Source: Eledone cirrhosa
Lineage: Eukaryota
Length of the DNA stretch: 64,000 nt
Direction of reading: 5' to 3'
NCBI GenBank assembly: GCA_964016885.1
Contig: OZ024759.1
Coordinates: forward strand, 248,001-312,000
The notes beneath the pieces were generated by a model that was not told where the DNA came from, made no database searches, and worked only from the letters and a program-made list of their open reading frames with translations. The position numbers were made by a program, and so were the translations under genes. Positions 16,901-31,900 of this stretch are shown piece after piece. Position 1 is the stretch's first letter; every line of letters begins with the position of its first letter.

Positions 16901-19900
16901 TATTAGTAACATGACAAAGTCTATATTAGTAACATGGCAAAGTCTATATTAGTAACATGACAAAGTCTATATGAGTAATATGACAAGGTCTATATTAGTA
17001 ACATGACACAGTCTATATTAGTAACATGACAAAGTCTATATTAGTAACATGACAGTCTATATTAGTAACATGACAAAGTCTATATTAGTAACATGACAAA
17101 GTCTATATTAGTAACACGACAGTCTATATTAATAACATGACACAGTCTATATTAGTAACATGACACAGTCTATATTAGTAACATGACATAGACTATATTA
17201 GTAACATGACAAAGTCTATATTAGTAACATGACAGTCTATATTAGTAACATGACAAAGTCCATATTAGTAACATGACACAGTCTATATTAGTAACATGAC
17301 AAAGTCTCTATTAGTAACATGACAAAGTCTATATTAGTAACATGACAGTCTATATTAGTAACATGACAAAGTCTCTATTAGTAACATGACAAAGTCTATA
17401 TTAGTAACATGACAGTCTATATTAGTAACATGACAAAGTCTATATTAGTAACATGACAAAGTCTATATTAGTAACATGACAAAGTCTATATTAGTAACAT
17501 GACAAAGTCTATATTAGTAGCATGACACAGTCTATATTAGTAACATGACAAAGTCTATATTAGTAACATGACACAGTCTATATTAGTAACATGACAAAGT
17601 CTATATTAGTAACATGACAAAGTCTATATTAGTAGCATGATACAGTCTATATTAGTAACATGACACAGTCTATATTAGTAACATGACAGTCTATATTAGT
17701 AACATGACAAAGTCTATATTAGTAGCATGACAAAATCTATAATAGTAACATGACACAGTCTATATTAGTAACATGACAGTCTATATTAGTAACATGACAC
17801 AGTCTATATTAGTAACATGACAAAGTCTATATTAGTAGCATGACAAAGTCTATATTAGTAGCATGACACAGTCTATATTAGTAACATGACACAGTCTATA
17901 TTAGTAACATGACACAGTCTATATTAGTAACATGACAAAGTCTATATTAGTAGCATGACAAAGTCTATATTAGTAACATGACAAAGTCTATATTAGTAAC
18001 ATGACACAGTCTATATTAGTAACATGACAAAGTCTATATTAGTAACATGACAAAGTCTATATTAGTAACATGACACGGTCTATATTAGTAACATTACAAA
18101 GTCTATATTAGTAACGTGACACTGTCTATATTAGTCACTTGACAAAGTCTATATTAGTAACATGACACAGTCTATATTAGTAACATGACACAGTCTATAT
18201 TAGTAACATGACAAAGTCTATATTAGTAGCATGACAAAGTCTATATTAGTAACATGACAAAGTCTATATTATTAACATGACAAAGTCTATATTAGTAACA
18301 TGACACTGTCTATATTAGTAACATGACACTGTCTATATTAGTAACATGACACAGTCTATATTAGTAACATGGCAAAGTCTATATTAGTAACATGGCAAAG
18401 TCTATATTAGTAACATGACAAAGTCTATATTAGAAACATGACTAGGTCTATATTAGTAACATGACACAGTCTATATTAGTAACATGACAGTCTATATTAG
18501 TAACGTGACAAAGTCTATATTAGTAACATGACAAAGTCTATATTAGTAACATGACAGTCTATATTAGTAACATGACACAGTCTATATTAGTAACATGACA
18601 CGGTCTATATTAGTAACATGACAAAGTCTATATTAGTAACATGACACAGTCTATATTAGTAACATGACACAGTCTATATTAGTAACATGACATAGACTAT
18701 ATTAGTAACATGACAAAGTCTATATTAGTAACATGACAGTCTATATTAGTAACATGACAAAGTCTATATTAGTAACATGACACAGTCTATATTAGTAACA
18801 TGACAAAGTCTCTATTAGTAACATGACAAAGTCTATATTAGTAACATGACAGTCTATATTAGTAACATGACAAAGTCTCTATTAGTAACATGACAAAGAC
18901 TATATTAGTAACATGACAGTCTATATTAGTAACATGACAAAGTCTATATTAGTAACATGACAGTCTATATTGTAACATGACACAGTCTATATTAGTAACA
19001 TGACACAGTCTATATTAGTAACATGACATAGACTATATTAGTAACATGAAAAAGTCTATATTAGTAACATGACAAAGTCTATATTAGTAACATGACAGTC
19101 TATATTGTAACATGACACAGTCTATATTAGTAACATGGCAATGTCTATATTAGTAACATGACAAAGTCTATATTAGTAACATGGCAAAGTCTAAATTAGT
19201 AACATGACAAAGTCTATATTAGTAACATGTCAAGGTCTATATTAGTAACATGACAAAGTCTATATTAGTAACATGACAAAGTCTATATTAGTAACATGAC
19301 AGTCTATATTAGTAACATGACAAAGTCTATATTAGTAACATGACAGTTTATATTAGTAACATGATAGTCTATATTAGTAGCATGACAAAGTCTATATTAG
19401 TAACATGACACAGTCTATATTAGTAACATGACACAGTCTATATTAGTAACATGACAAAGTCTATATTAGTAGCATGACAAAGTCTATATTAGTAACATGA
19501 CACAGTCTATATTAGTAACATGACACAGTCTATATTAGTAACATGACAAAGTCTATATTAGTAACATGCCAGTCTATATTAGTAACATGACAAAATCTAT
19601 ATTAGTACCATGACAAAGTCTATATTAGTAACATGACAAAGTCTATATTAGTAACATGACAAAGTCTATATTAGTAACATGACAGTCTATATTAGTAACA
19701 TGACAGTCCATATTAGTAGCATGACAAAGTCTATATTAGTAACATGACAAAGTCTATATTAGTAACATGACACAGTCTATATTAGTAACATGACACAGTC
19801 TATATTAGTAACATGACACAGTCTATATTAGTAACATGACAAAGTCTATATTAGTAACATGGCAAAGTCTATATTAGTAACATGACAAAGTCTATATGAG

Positions 19901-20431
19901 TAACATGACAAGGTCTATATTAGTAACATGACAAACTCTATATTAGTAACATGATAAAGTCTATATTAGTAACATGACAAAGTCTATATTAGTAACATGA
20001 CAGTGTATATTAGTAACATGACAGTCTATATTAGTAGCATGACAAAGTCTATATTAGTAACATGACACAGTCTATATTAGTAACATGACAAAGTCTATAT
20101 TAGTACCATGACAAAGTCTATATTAGTAACATGACAAAGTCTATATTAGTAACATGACAAAGTCTATATTAGTAACATGACAGTCTATATTAGTAACATG
20201 ACAGTCCATATTAGTAGCATGACAAAGTCTATATTAGTAACATGACAAAGTCTATATTAGTAACATGACACAGTCTATATTAGTAACATGACACAGTCTA
20301 TATTAGTAACATGATACAGTCTATATTAGTAACATGACAAAGTCTATATTAGTAACATGGCAAAGTCTATATTAGTAACATGACAAAGTCTATATGAGTA
20401 ATATGACAAGGTCTATATTAGTAACATGACA
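7942..20431. repeat. Higher-order duplication: ~7942-14039 repeated at ~14334-20431 (offset 6392 bp)
   Basis: Markers AACACGAC (10721/17113), AACATGAAAA (12651/19043), AAAGTCTAAA (9371/15763 and 12794/19186) and GTCACTTG (11742/18134) all share the 6392 offset. One internal SNP was seen (8296 G vs 14688 T). Confidence 0.9.
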
Positions 20432-22400
20432 CAGTCTATATTAGTAACATGACAAAGTCTATATTAGTAACATGACAGTCTATATTAGTAACATGACAAA
20501 GTCTATATTAGTAACATGACAAAGTCTATATTAGTAACATGACAGTCTATATTAATAACATGACACAGTCTATATTAGTAACATGACACAGTCTATATTA
20601 GTAACATGACATAGACTATATTAGTAACATGACAAAGTCTATATTAGTAACATGACAGTCTATATTAGTAACATGACAAAGTCTATATTAGTAACATGTC
20701 ACAGTCTATATTAGTAACATGACAAAGTCTCTATTAGTAACATGACAAAGTCTATATTAGTAACATGACAGTCTATATTAGTAACATGACAAAGTCTCTA
20801 TTAGTAACATGACAAAGTCTATATTAGTAACATGACAGTCTATATTAGTAACATGACAAAGTCTATATTAGTAACATGACAAAGTCTATATTAGTAACAT
20901 GACAAAGTCTATATTAGTAACATGACAAAGTCTATATTAGTAGCATGACACAGTCTATATTAGTAACATGACAAAGTCTATATTAGTAACATGACACAGT
21001 CTATATTAGTAACATGACAAAGTCTATATTAGTAACATGACAAAGTCTATATTAGTAGCATGATACAGTCTATATTAGTAACATGACACAGTCTATATTA
21101 GTAACATGACAGTCTATATTAGTAACATGACAAAGTCTATATTAGTAGCATGACAAAATCTATAATAGTAACATGACACAGTCTATATTAGTAACATGAC
21201 AGTCTATATTAGTAACATGACACAGTCTATATTAGTAACATGACAAAGTCTATATTAGTAGCATGACAAAGTCTATATTAGTAGCATGACACAGTCTATA
21301 TTAGTAACATGACACAGTCTATATTAGTAACATGACACAGTCTATATTAGTAACATGACAAAGTCTATATTAGTAGCATGACAAAGTCTATATTAGTAAC
21401 ATGACAAAGTCTATATTAGTAACATGACACAGTCTATATTAGTAACATGACAAAGCCTATATTAGTAACATGACAAAGTCTATATTAGTAACATGACACG
21501 GTCTATATTAGTAACATTACAAAGTCCATATTAGTAACGTGACACTGTCTATATTAGTCACTTGACAAAGTCTATATTAGTAACATGACACAGTCTATAT
21601 TAGTAACATGACACAGTCTATATTAGTAACATGACAAAGTCTATATTAGTAGCATGACAAAGTCTATATTAGTAACATGACAAAGTCTATATTATTAACA
21701 TGACAAAGTCTATATTAGTAACATGACACTGTCTATATTAGTAACATGACACTGTCTATATTAGTAACATGACACAGTCTATATTAGTAACATGGCAAAG
21801 TCTATATTAGTAACATGGCAAAGTCTATATTAGTAACATGACAAAGTCTATATTAGAAACATGACTAGGTCTATATTAGTAACATGACACAGTCTATATT
21901 AGTAACATGACAGTCTATATTAGTAACGTGACAAAGTCTATATTAGTAACATGACAAAGTCTATATTAGTAACATGACAGTCTATATTAGTAACATGACA
22001 CAGTCTATATTAGTAACATGACACTGTCTATATTAGTAACATGACAAAGTCTATATTAGTAACATGACACAGTCTATATTAGTAACATGACACAGTCTAT
22101 ATTAGTAACATGACATAGACTATATTAGTAACATGACAAAGTCTATATTAGTAACATGACAGTCTATATTAGTAACATGACAAAGTCTATATTAGTAACA
22201 TGACACAGTCTATATTAGTAACATGACAAAGTCTCTATTAGTAACATGACAAAGTCTATATTAGTAACATGACAGTCTATATTAGTAACATGACAAAGTC
22301 TCTATTAGTAACATGACAAAGACTATATTAGTAACATGACAGTCTATATTAGTAACATGACAAAGTCTATATTAGTAACATGACAGTCTATATTGTAACA
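15600..22400. repeat. Two tandem copies of a ~3423-bp higher-order unit (approximate boundaries); one and a partial copy also at ~9.2-14.0 kb
   Basis: AAAGTCTAAA at 15763/19186 and 9371/12794, and GTCACTTG at 18134/21557, all differ by 3423. Confidence 0.8.
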
Positions 22401-25400
22401 TGACACAGTCTATATTAATAACATGACACAGTCTATATTAGTAACATGACAGTCTATATTAGTAACATGACAAAGTCTATATTAGTAACATGACAATGTC
22501 TATATTAGTAACATGACAAAGTCTATATTAGTAACATGACAAAGTCTATATTAGTAGCATGACACAGTCTATATTAGTAACATGACAAAGTCTATATTAG
22601 TAACATGACACAGTCTATATTAGTAACATGACAAAGTCTATATTAGTAACATGACAAAGTCTATATTAGTAGCATGACACAGTCTATATTAGTAACATGA
22701 CACAGTCTATATTAGTAACATGACAGTCTATATTAGTAACATGACAAAGTCTATATTAGTAGCATGACAAAGTCTATATTAGTAACATGACACAGTCTAT
22801 ATTAGTAACATGACAGTCTATATTAGTAACATGACACAGTCTATATTAGTAACATGACAAAGTCTATATTAGTAGCATGACAAAGTCTATATTAGTAACA
22901 TGACAAAGTCTATATTAGTAACATGACACAGTCTATATTAGTAACATGACAAAGTCTATATTAGTAACATGACACAGTCTATATTAGTAACATGACAGTC
23001 TATATTAGTAACATGACAAAGTCTATATTAGTAGCATGACAAAGTCTATATTAGTAACATGACACAGTCTATATTAGTAACATTACATAGACTATATTAG
23101 TAACATGACAAAGTCTATATTAGTAACATGACAGTCTATATTGTAACATGACACAGTCTATATTAGTAACATGACACAGTCTATATTAGTAACATGACAA
23201 AGTCTATATTAGTAACATGACACAGTCTATATTAGTAACATGACAGTCTATATTAGTAACATGACAAAGTCTATATTAGTAACATGACATAGACTATATT
23301 AGTAACATGACAAAGTCTATATTAGTAACATGACAAAGTCTATATTAGTAACATGACAGTCTATATTGTAACATGACACAGTCTATATTAGTAACATGGC
23401 AATGTCTATATTAGTAACATGACAAAGTCTATATTAGTAACATGGCAAAGTCTAAATTAGTAACATGACAAAGTCTATATTAGTAACATGTCAAGGTCTA
23501 TATTAGTAACATGACAAAGTCTATATTAGTAACATGACAAAGTCTATATTAGTAACATGACAGTCTATATTAGTAACATGACAAAGTCTATATTAGTAAC
23601 ATGACAGTCTATATTAGTAACATGATAGTCTATATTAGTAGCATGACAAAGTCTATATTAGTAACATGACACAGTCTATATTAGTAACATGACACAGTCT
23701 ATATTAGTAACATGACAAAGTCTATATTAGTAGCATGACAAAGTCTATATTAGTAACATGACACAGTCTATATTAGTAACATGACACAGTCTATATTAGT
23801 AACATGACAAAGTCTATATTAGTAACATGACAGTCTATATTAGTAACATGACAAAATCTATATTAGTACCATGACAAAGTCTATATTAGTAACATGACAA
23901 AGTCTATATTAGTAACATGACAAAGTCTATATTAGTAACATGACAGTCTATATTAGTAACATGACAGTCCATATTAGTAGCATGACAAAGTCTATATTAG
24001 TAACATGACAAAGTCTATATTAGTAACATGACACAGTCTATATTAGTAACATGACACAGTCTATATTAGTAACATGACAAAGTCTATATGAGTAACATGA
24101 CAAGGTCTATATTAGTAACATGACAAAGTCTATATTAGTAACATGATAAAGTCTATATTAGTAACATGACAAAGTCTATATTAGTAACATGACAGTGTAT
24201 ATTAGTAACATGACAGTCTATATTAGTAGCATGACAAAGTCTATATTAGTAACATGACACAGTCTATATTAGTAACATGACAAAGTCTATATTAGTACCA
24301 TGACAAAGTCTATATTAGTAACATGACAAAGTCTATATTAGTAACATGACAAAGTCTATATTAGTAACATGACAGTCTATATTAGTAACATGACAGTCCA
24401 TATTAGTAGCATGACAAAGTCTATATTAGTAACATGACAAAGTCTATATTAGTAACATGACACAGTCTATATTAGTAACATGACACAGTCTATATTAGTA
24501 ACATGATACAGTCTATATTAGTAACATGACAAAGTCTATATTAGTAACATGGCAAAGTCTATATTAGTAACATGACAAAGTCTATATGAGTAATATGACA
24601 AGGTCTATATTAGTAACATGACACAGTCTATATTAGTAACATGACAAAGTCTATATTAGTAACATGACAGTCTATATTAGTAACATGACAAAGTCTATAT
24701 TAGTAACATGACAAAGTCTATATTAGTAACATGACAGTCTATATTAATAACATGACACAGTCTATATTAGTAACATGACACAGTCTATATTAGTAACATG
24801 ACATAGACTATATTAGTAACATGACAAAGTCTATATTAGTAACATGACAGTCTATATTAGTAACATGACAAAGTCTATATTAGTAACATGACACAGTCTA
24901 TATTAGTAACATGACAAAGTCTCTATTAGTAACATGACAAAGTCTATATTAGTAACATGACAGTCTATATTAGTAACATGACAAAGTCTCTATTAGTAAC
25001 ATGACAAAGTCTATATTAGTAACATGACAGTCTATATTAGTAACATGACAAAGTCTATATTAGTAACATGACAAAGTCTATATTAGTAACATGACAAAGT
25101 CTATATTAGTAACATGACAAAGTCTATATTAGTAGCATGACACAGTCTATATTAGTAACATGACAAAGTCTATATTAGTAACATGACACAGTCTATATTA
25201 GTAACATGACAAAGTCTATATTAGTAACATGACAAAGTCTATATTAGTAGCATGATACAGTCTATATTAGTAACATGACACAGTCTATATTAGTAACATG
25301 ACAGTCTATATTAGTAACATGACAAAGTCTATATTAGTAGCATGACAAAATCTATATTAGTAACATGACACAGTCTATATTAGTAACATGACAGTCTATA

Positions 25401-28400
25401 TTAGTAACATGACACAGTCTATATTAGTAACATGACAAAGTCTATATTAGTAGCATGACAAAGTCTATATTAGTAGCATGACACAGTCTATATTAGTAAC
25501 ATGACACAGTCTATATTAGTAACATGACACAGTCTATATTAGTAACATGACAAAGTCTATATTAGTAGCATGACAAAGTCTATATTAGTAACATGACAAA
25601 GTCTATATTAGTAACATGACACAGTCTATATTAGTAATATGACAAAGTCTATATTAGTAACATGACAAAGTCTATATTAGTAACATGACACGGTCTATAT
25701 TAGTAACATTACAAAGTCTATATTAGTAACGTGACACTGTCTATATTAGTCACTTGACAAAGTCTATATTAGTAACATGACACAGTCTATATTAGTAACA
25801 TGACACAGTCTATATTAGTAACATGACAAAGTCTATATTAGTAGCATGACAAAGTCTATATTAGTAACATGACAAAGTCTATATTATTAACATGACAAAG
25901 TCTATATTAGTAACATGACACTGTCTATATTAGTAACATGACACTGTCTATATTAGTAACATGACACAGTCTATATTAGTAACATGGCAAAGTCTATATT
26001 AGTAACATGGCAAAGTCTATATTAGTAACATGACTAGGTCTATATTAGTAACATGACACAGTCTATATTAGTAACATGACAAAGTCTATATTAGAAACAT
26101 GACTAGGTCTATATTAGTAACATGACACAGTCTATATTAGTAACATGACAAAGTCTATATTAGTAACATGACAGTCTATATTAGTAACGTGACAAAGTCT
26201 ATATTAGTAACATGACAAAGTCTATATTAGTAACATGACAGTCTATATTAGTAACATGACACAGTCTATATTAGTAACATGACACGGTCTATATTAGTAA
26301 CATGACAAAGTCTATATTAGTAACATGACACAGTCTATATTATTAACATGACAAAGTCTATATTAGTAACACGACACAGTCTATATTAGTAACATGACAA
26401 AGTCTATATTAGTAACATGGCAAAGTCTATATTAGTAACATGACAAAGTCTATATGAGTAACATGACAAGGTGTATATTAGTAACATGACAAAGTCTATA
26501 TTAGTAACATGACAAAGTCTATATTAGTAACATGACAAAGTCTATATTAGTAACATGACAGTCTATATTAGTAACATGACAGTCTATATTAGTAGCATGA
26601 CAAAGTCTATATTAGTAACATGACACAGTCTATATTAGTTACATGACAAAGTCTATATTAGTACCATGACAAAGTCTATATTAGTAACATGACAAAGTCT
26701 ATATTAGTAACATGACAAAGTCTATATTAGTAACATGCCAGTCTATATTAGTAACATGACAGTCCATATTAGTAGCATGACAAAGTCTATATTAGTAACA
26801 TGACAAAGTCTATATTAGTAACATGACACAGTCTATATTAGTAACATGACACAGTCTATATTAGTAACATGACACAGTCTATATTAGTAACATGACAAAG
26901 TCTATATTAGTAACATGGCAAAGTCTATATTAGTAACATGACAAAGTCTATATGAGTAACATGACAAGGTCTATATTAGTAACATGACACAGTCTATATT
27001 AGTAACATGACAAAGTCTATATTAGTAACATGACAGTCTATATTAGTAACATGACAAAGTCTATATTAGTAACATGACAAAGTCTATATTAGTAACATGA
27101 CAGTCTATATTAGTAACATGACACAGTCTATATTAGTAACATGACACAGTCTATATTAGTAACATGACATAGACTATATTAGTAACATGACAAAGTCTAT
27201 ATTAGTAACATGACAGTCTATATTAGTAACATGTCAAAGTCTATATTAGTAACATGACACAGTCTATATTTGTAACATGACAAAGTCTCTATTAGTAACA
27301 TGACAAAGTCTATATTAGTAACATGACAGTCTATATTAGTAACATGACAAAGTCTATATTAGTAACATGACAGTCTATATTAGTAACATGTCAAAGTCTA
27401 TATTAGTAACATGACACAGTCTATATTTGTAACATGACAAAGTCTCTATTAGTAACATGACAAAGTCTATATTAGTAACATGACAGTCTATATTAGTAAC
27501 ATGACAAAGTCTCTATTAGTAACATGACAAAGTCTATATTAGTAACATGACAAAGTCTATATTAGTAACATGACAAAGTCTATATTAGTAACATGACAAA
27601 GTCTATATTAGTAACATGACAAAGTCTATATTAGTAGCATGACACAGTCTATATTAGTAACATGACAAAGTCTATATTAGTAACATGACACAGTCTATAT
27701 TAGTAACATGACACAGTCTATATTAGTAACATGACAAAGTCTATATTAGTAACGTGACACTGTCTATATTAGTCACTTGACAAAGTCTATATTAGTAACA
27801 TGACACAGTCTATATTAGTAACATGACACAGTCTATATTAGTAACATGACAAAGTCTATATTAGTAGCATGACAAAGTCTATATTAGTAACATGACAAAG
27901 TCTATATTATTAACATGACAAAGTCTATATTAGTAACATGACACTGTCTATATTAGTAACATGACACTGTCTATATTAGTAACATGACACAGTCTATATT
28001 AGTAACATGGCAAAGTCTATATTAGTAACATGGCAAAGTCTATATTAGTAACATGACAAAGTCTATATTAGAAACATGACTAGGTCTATATTAGTAACAT
28101 GACACAGTCTATATTAGTAACATGACAAAGTCTATATTAGTAACATGACAGTCTATATTAGTAACGTGACAAAGTCTATATTAGTAACATGACAAAGTCT
28201 ATATTAGTAACATGACAGTCTATATTAGTAACATGACACAGTCTATATTAGTAACATGACACGGTCTATATTAGTAACATGACAAAGTCTATATTAGTAA
28301 CATGACACAGTCTATTTTATTAACATGACAAAGTCTATATTAGTAACACGACACAGTCTATATTAGTAACATGACAAAGTCTATATTAGTAACATGGCAA

Positions 28401-28999
28401 AGTCTATATTAGTAACATGACAAAGTCTATATGAGTAACATGACAAGGTCTATATTAGTAACATGACAAAGTCTATATTAGTAACATGACAAAGTCTATA
28501 TTAGTAACATGACAAAGTCTATATTAGTAACATGACAGTCTATATTAGTAACATGACAGTCTATATTAGTAGCATGACAAAGTCTATATTAGTAACATGA
28601 CACAGTCTATATTAGTTACATGACAAAGTCTATATTAGTACCATGACAAAGTCTATATTAGTAACATGACAAAGTCTATATTAGTAACATGACAAAGTCT
28701 ATATTAGTAACATGCCAGTCTATATTAGTAACATGACAGTCCATATTAGTAGCATGACAAAGTCTATATTAGTAACATGACAAAGTCTATATTAGTAACA
28801 TGACACAGTCTATATTAGTAACATGACACAGTCTATATTAGTAACATGACACAGTCTATATTAGTAACATGACAAAGTCTATATTAGTAACATGGCAAAG
28901 TCTATATTAGTAACATGACAAAGTCTATATGAGTAACATGACAAGGTCTATATTAGTAACATGACACAGTCTATATTAGTAACATGACAAAGTCTATAT

Positions 29000-31900
29000 T
29001 AGTAACATGACAGTCTATATTAGTAACATGACAAAGTCTATATTAGTAACATGACAAAGTCTATATTAGTAACATGACAGTCTATATTAGTAACATGACA
29101 CAGTCTATATTAGTAACATGACACAGTCTATATTAGTAACATGACATAGACTATATTAGTAACATGACAAAGTCTATATTAGTAACATGACAGTCTATAT
29201 TAGTAACATGTCAAAGTCTATATTAGTAACATGACACAGTCTATATTTGTAACATGACAAAGTCTCTATTAGTAACATGACAAAGTCTATATTAGTAACA
29301 TGACAGTCTATATTAGTAACATGACAAAGTCTCTATTAGTAACATGACAAAGTCTATATTAGTAACATGACAGTCTATATTAGTAACATGACAAAGTCTA
29401 TATTAGTAACATGACAAAGTCTATATTAGTAACATGACAAAGTCTATATTAGTAACATGACAAAGTCTATATTAGTAGCATGACAATGTCTATATTAGTA
29501 ACATGACAAAGTCTATATTAGTAACATGACACAGTCTATATTAGTAACATGACAAAGTCTATATTAGTAACATGACAAAGTCTATATTAGTAGCATGACA
29601 CAGTCTATATTAGTAACATGACACAGTCTATATTAGTAACATGACAGTCTATATTAGTAACATGACAAAGTCTATATTAGTAGCATGACAAAATCTATAT
29701 TAGTAACATGACACAGTCTATATTAGTAACATGACAGTCTATATTAGTAACATGACACAGTCTATATTAGTAACATGACAAAGTCTATATTAGTAGCATG
29801 ACAAAGTCTATATTAGTAGCATGACACAGTCTATATTAGTAACTTGACACAGTCTATATTAGTAACATGACACAGTCTATATTAGTAACATGACAAAGTC
29901 TATATTAGTAGCATGACAAAGTCTATATTAGTAACATGACAAAGTCTATATTAGTAACATGACACAGTCTATATTAGTAACATGACAAAGTCTATATTAG
30001 TAACATGACAAAGTCTATATTAGTAACATGACACGGTCTATATTAGTAACATGACAAAGTCTATATTAGTAACGTGACACTGTCTATATTAGTCACTTGA
30101 CAAAGTCTATATTAGTAACATGACACAGTCTATATTAGTAACATGACACAGTCTATATTAGTAACATGACAAAGTCTATATTAGTAGCATGACAAAGTCT
30201 ATATTAGTAACATGACAAAGTCTATATTATTAACATGACAAAGTCTATATTAGTAACATGACACTGTCTATATTAGTAACATGACACAGTCTATATTAGT
30301 AACATGGCAAAGTCTATATTAGTAACATGGCAAAGTCTATATTAGTAACATGACAAAGTCTATATTAGTAACATGACTAGGTCTATATTAGTAACATGAC
30401 ACAGTCTATATTAGTAACATGACAAAGTCTATATTAGTAACATGACAGTCTATATTAGTAACATGACAAAGTCTATATTAGTAACATGACAAAGTCTATA
30501 TTAGTAACATGACAGTCTATATTAGTAACATGACACAGTCTATATTAGTAACATGACACGGTCTATATTAGTAACATGACAAAGTCTATATTAGTAACAT
30601 GACACAGTCTATATTATTAACATGACAAAGTCTATATTAGTAACACGACACAGTCTATATTAGTAACATGACATAGTCTATATTAGTAACATGACATAGT
30701 CTATATTAGTAGCATGACAAAGTCTATATTAGTAACATGACAAAGTCTATATTAGTAACATGACACAGTCTATATTAGTAACATGAGAAAGTCTATATTA
30801 GTAACATGACACAGTCTATATTAGTAACATGACAAAGTCTATATTAGTAACATGACACAGTCTATATTAGTAACATGACACAGTCCATATTAGTAACATG
30901 ACAAAGTCTATATTAGTAGCATGACAAAGTCTATATTAGTAACATGACAAAGTCTATATTAGAAACATGACACAGTCTATATTAGTAACATGACAAAGTC
31001 TATATTAGTAACATGACAAAGTCTATATTAGTAACATGACAGTCTATATTAGTAGCATGACAAAGTCTATATTAGTAACATGACACAGTCTATATTAGTA
31101 ACATGACAGTCTATATTAGTAACATGACAAAGTCTATATTAGTAGCATGACAAAGTCTATATTAGTAACATGACACAGTCTATATTAGTAACATGACAAA
31201 GTCTATATTAGTAGCATGACAAAGTCTATATTAGTAACATGACAAAGTCTATATTAGTAGCATGACAAAGTCTATATTAGTAACATGACACAGTCTATAT
31301 TAGTAACATGACAAAGTCTATATTAGTAGCATGACAAAGTCTATATTAGTAACATGACAAAGTCTATATTAGTAACATGACAAAGTCTATATTAGTAACA
31401 TGACAGTCTATATTAGTAACATGACAGTCCATATTAGTAGCATGACAAAGTCTATATTAGTAACATGACAAAGTCTATATTAGTAACATGACACAGTCTA
31501 TATTAGTAACATGACACAGTCTATATTAGTAACATGACACAGTCTATATTAGTAACATGACAAAGTCTATATTAGTAACATGACAGTCTATATTAGTAAC
31601 ATGACACAGTCTATATTAGTAACATGACACAGTCTATATTAGTAACATGACATAGACTATATTAGTAACATGACAAAGTCTATATTAGTAACATGACAGT
31701 CTATATTAGTAACATGTCAAAGTCTATATTAGTAACATGACACAGTCTATATTTGTAACATGACAAAGTCTCTATTAGTAACATGACAAAGTCTATATTA
31801 GTAACATGACAGTCTATATTAGTAACATGACAAAGTCTCTATTAGTAACATGACAAAGTCTATATTAGTAACATGACAGTCTATATTAGTAACATGACAA

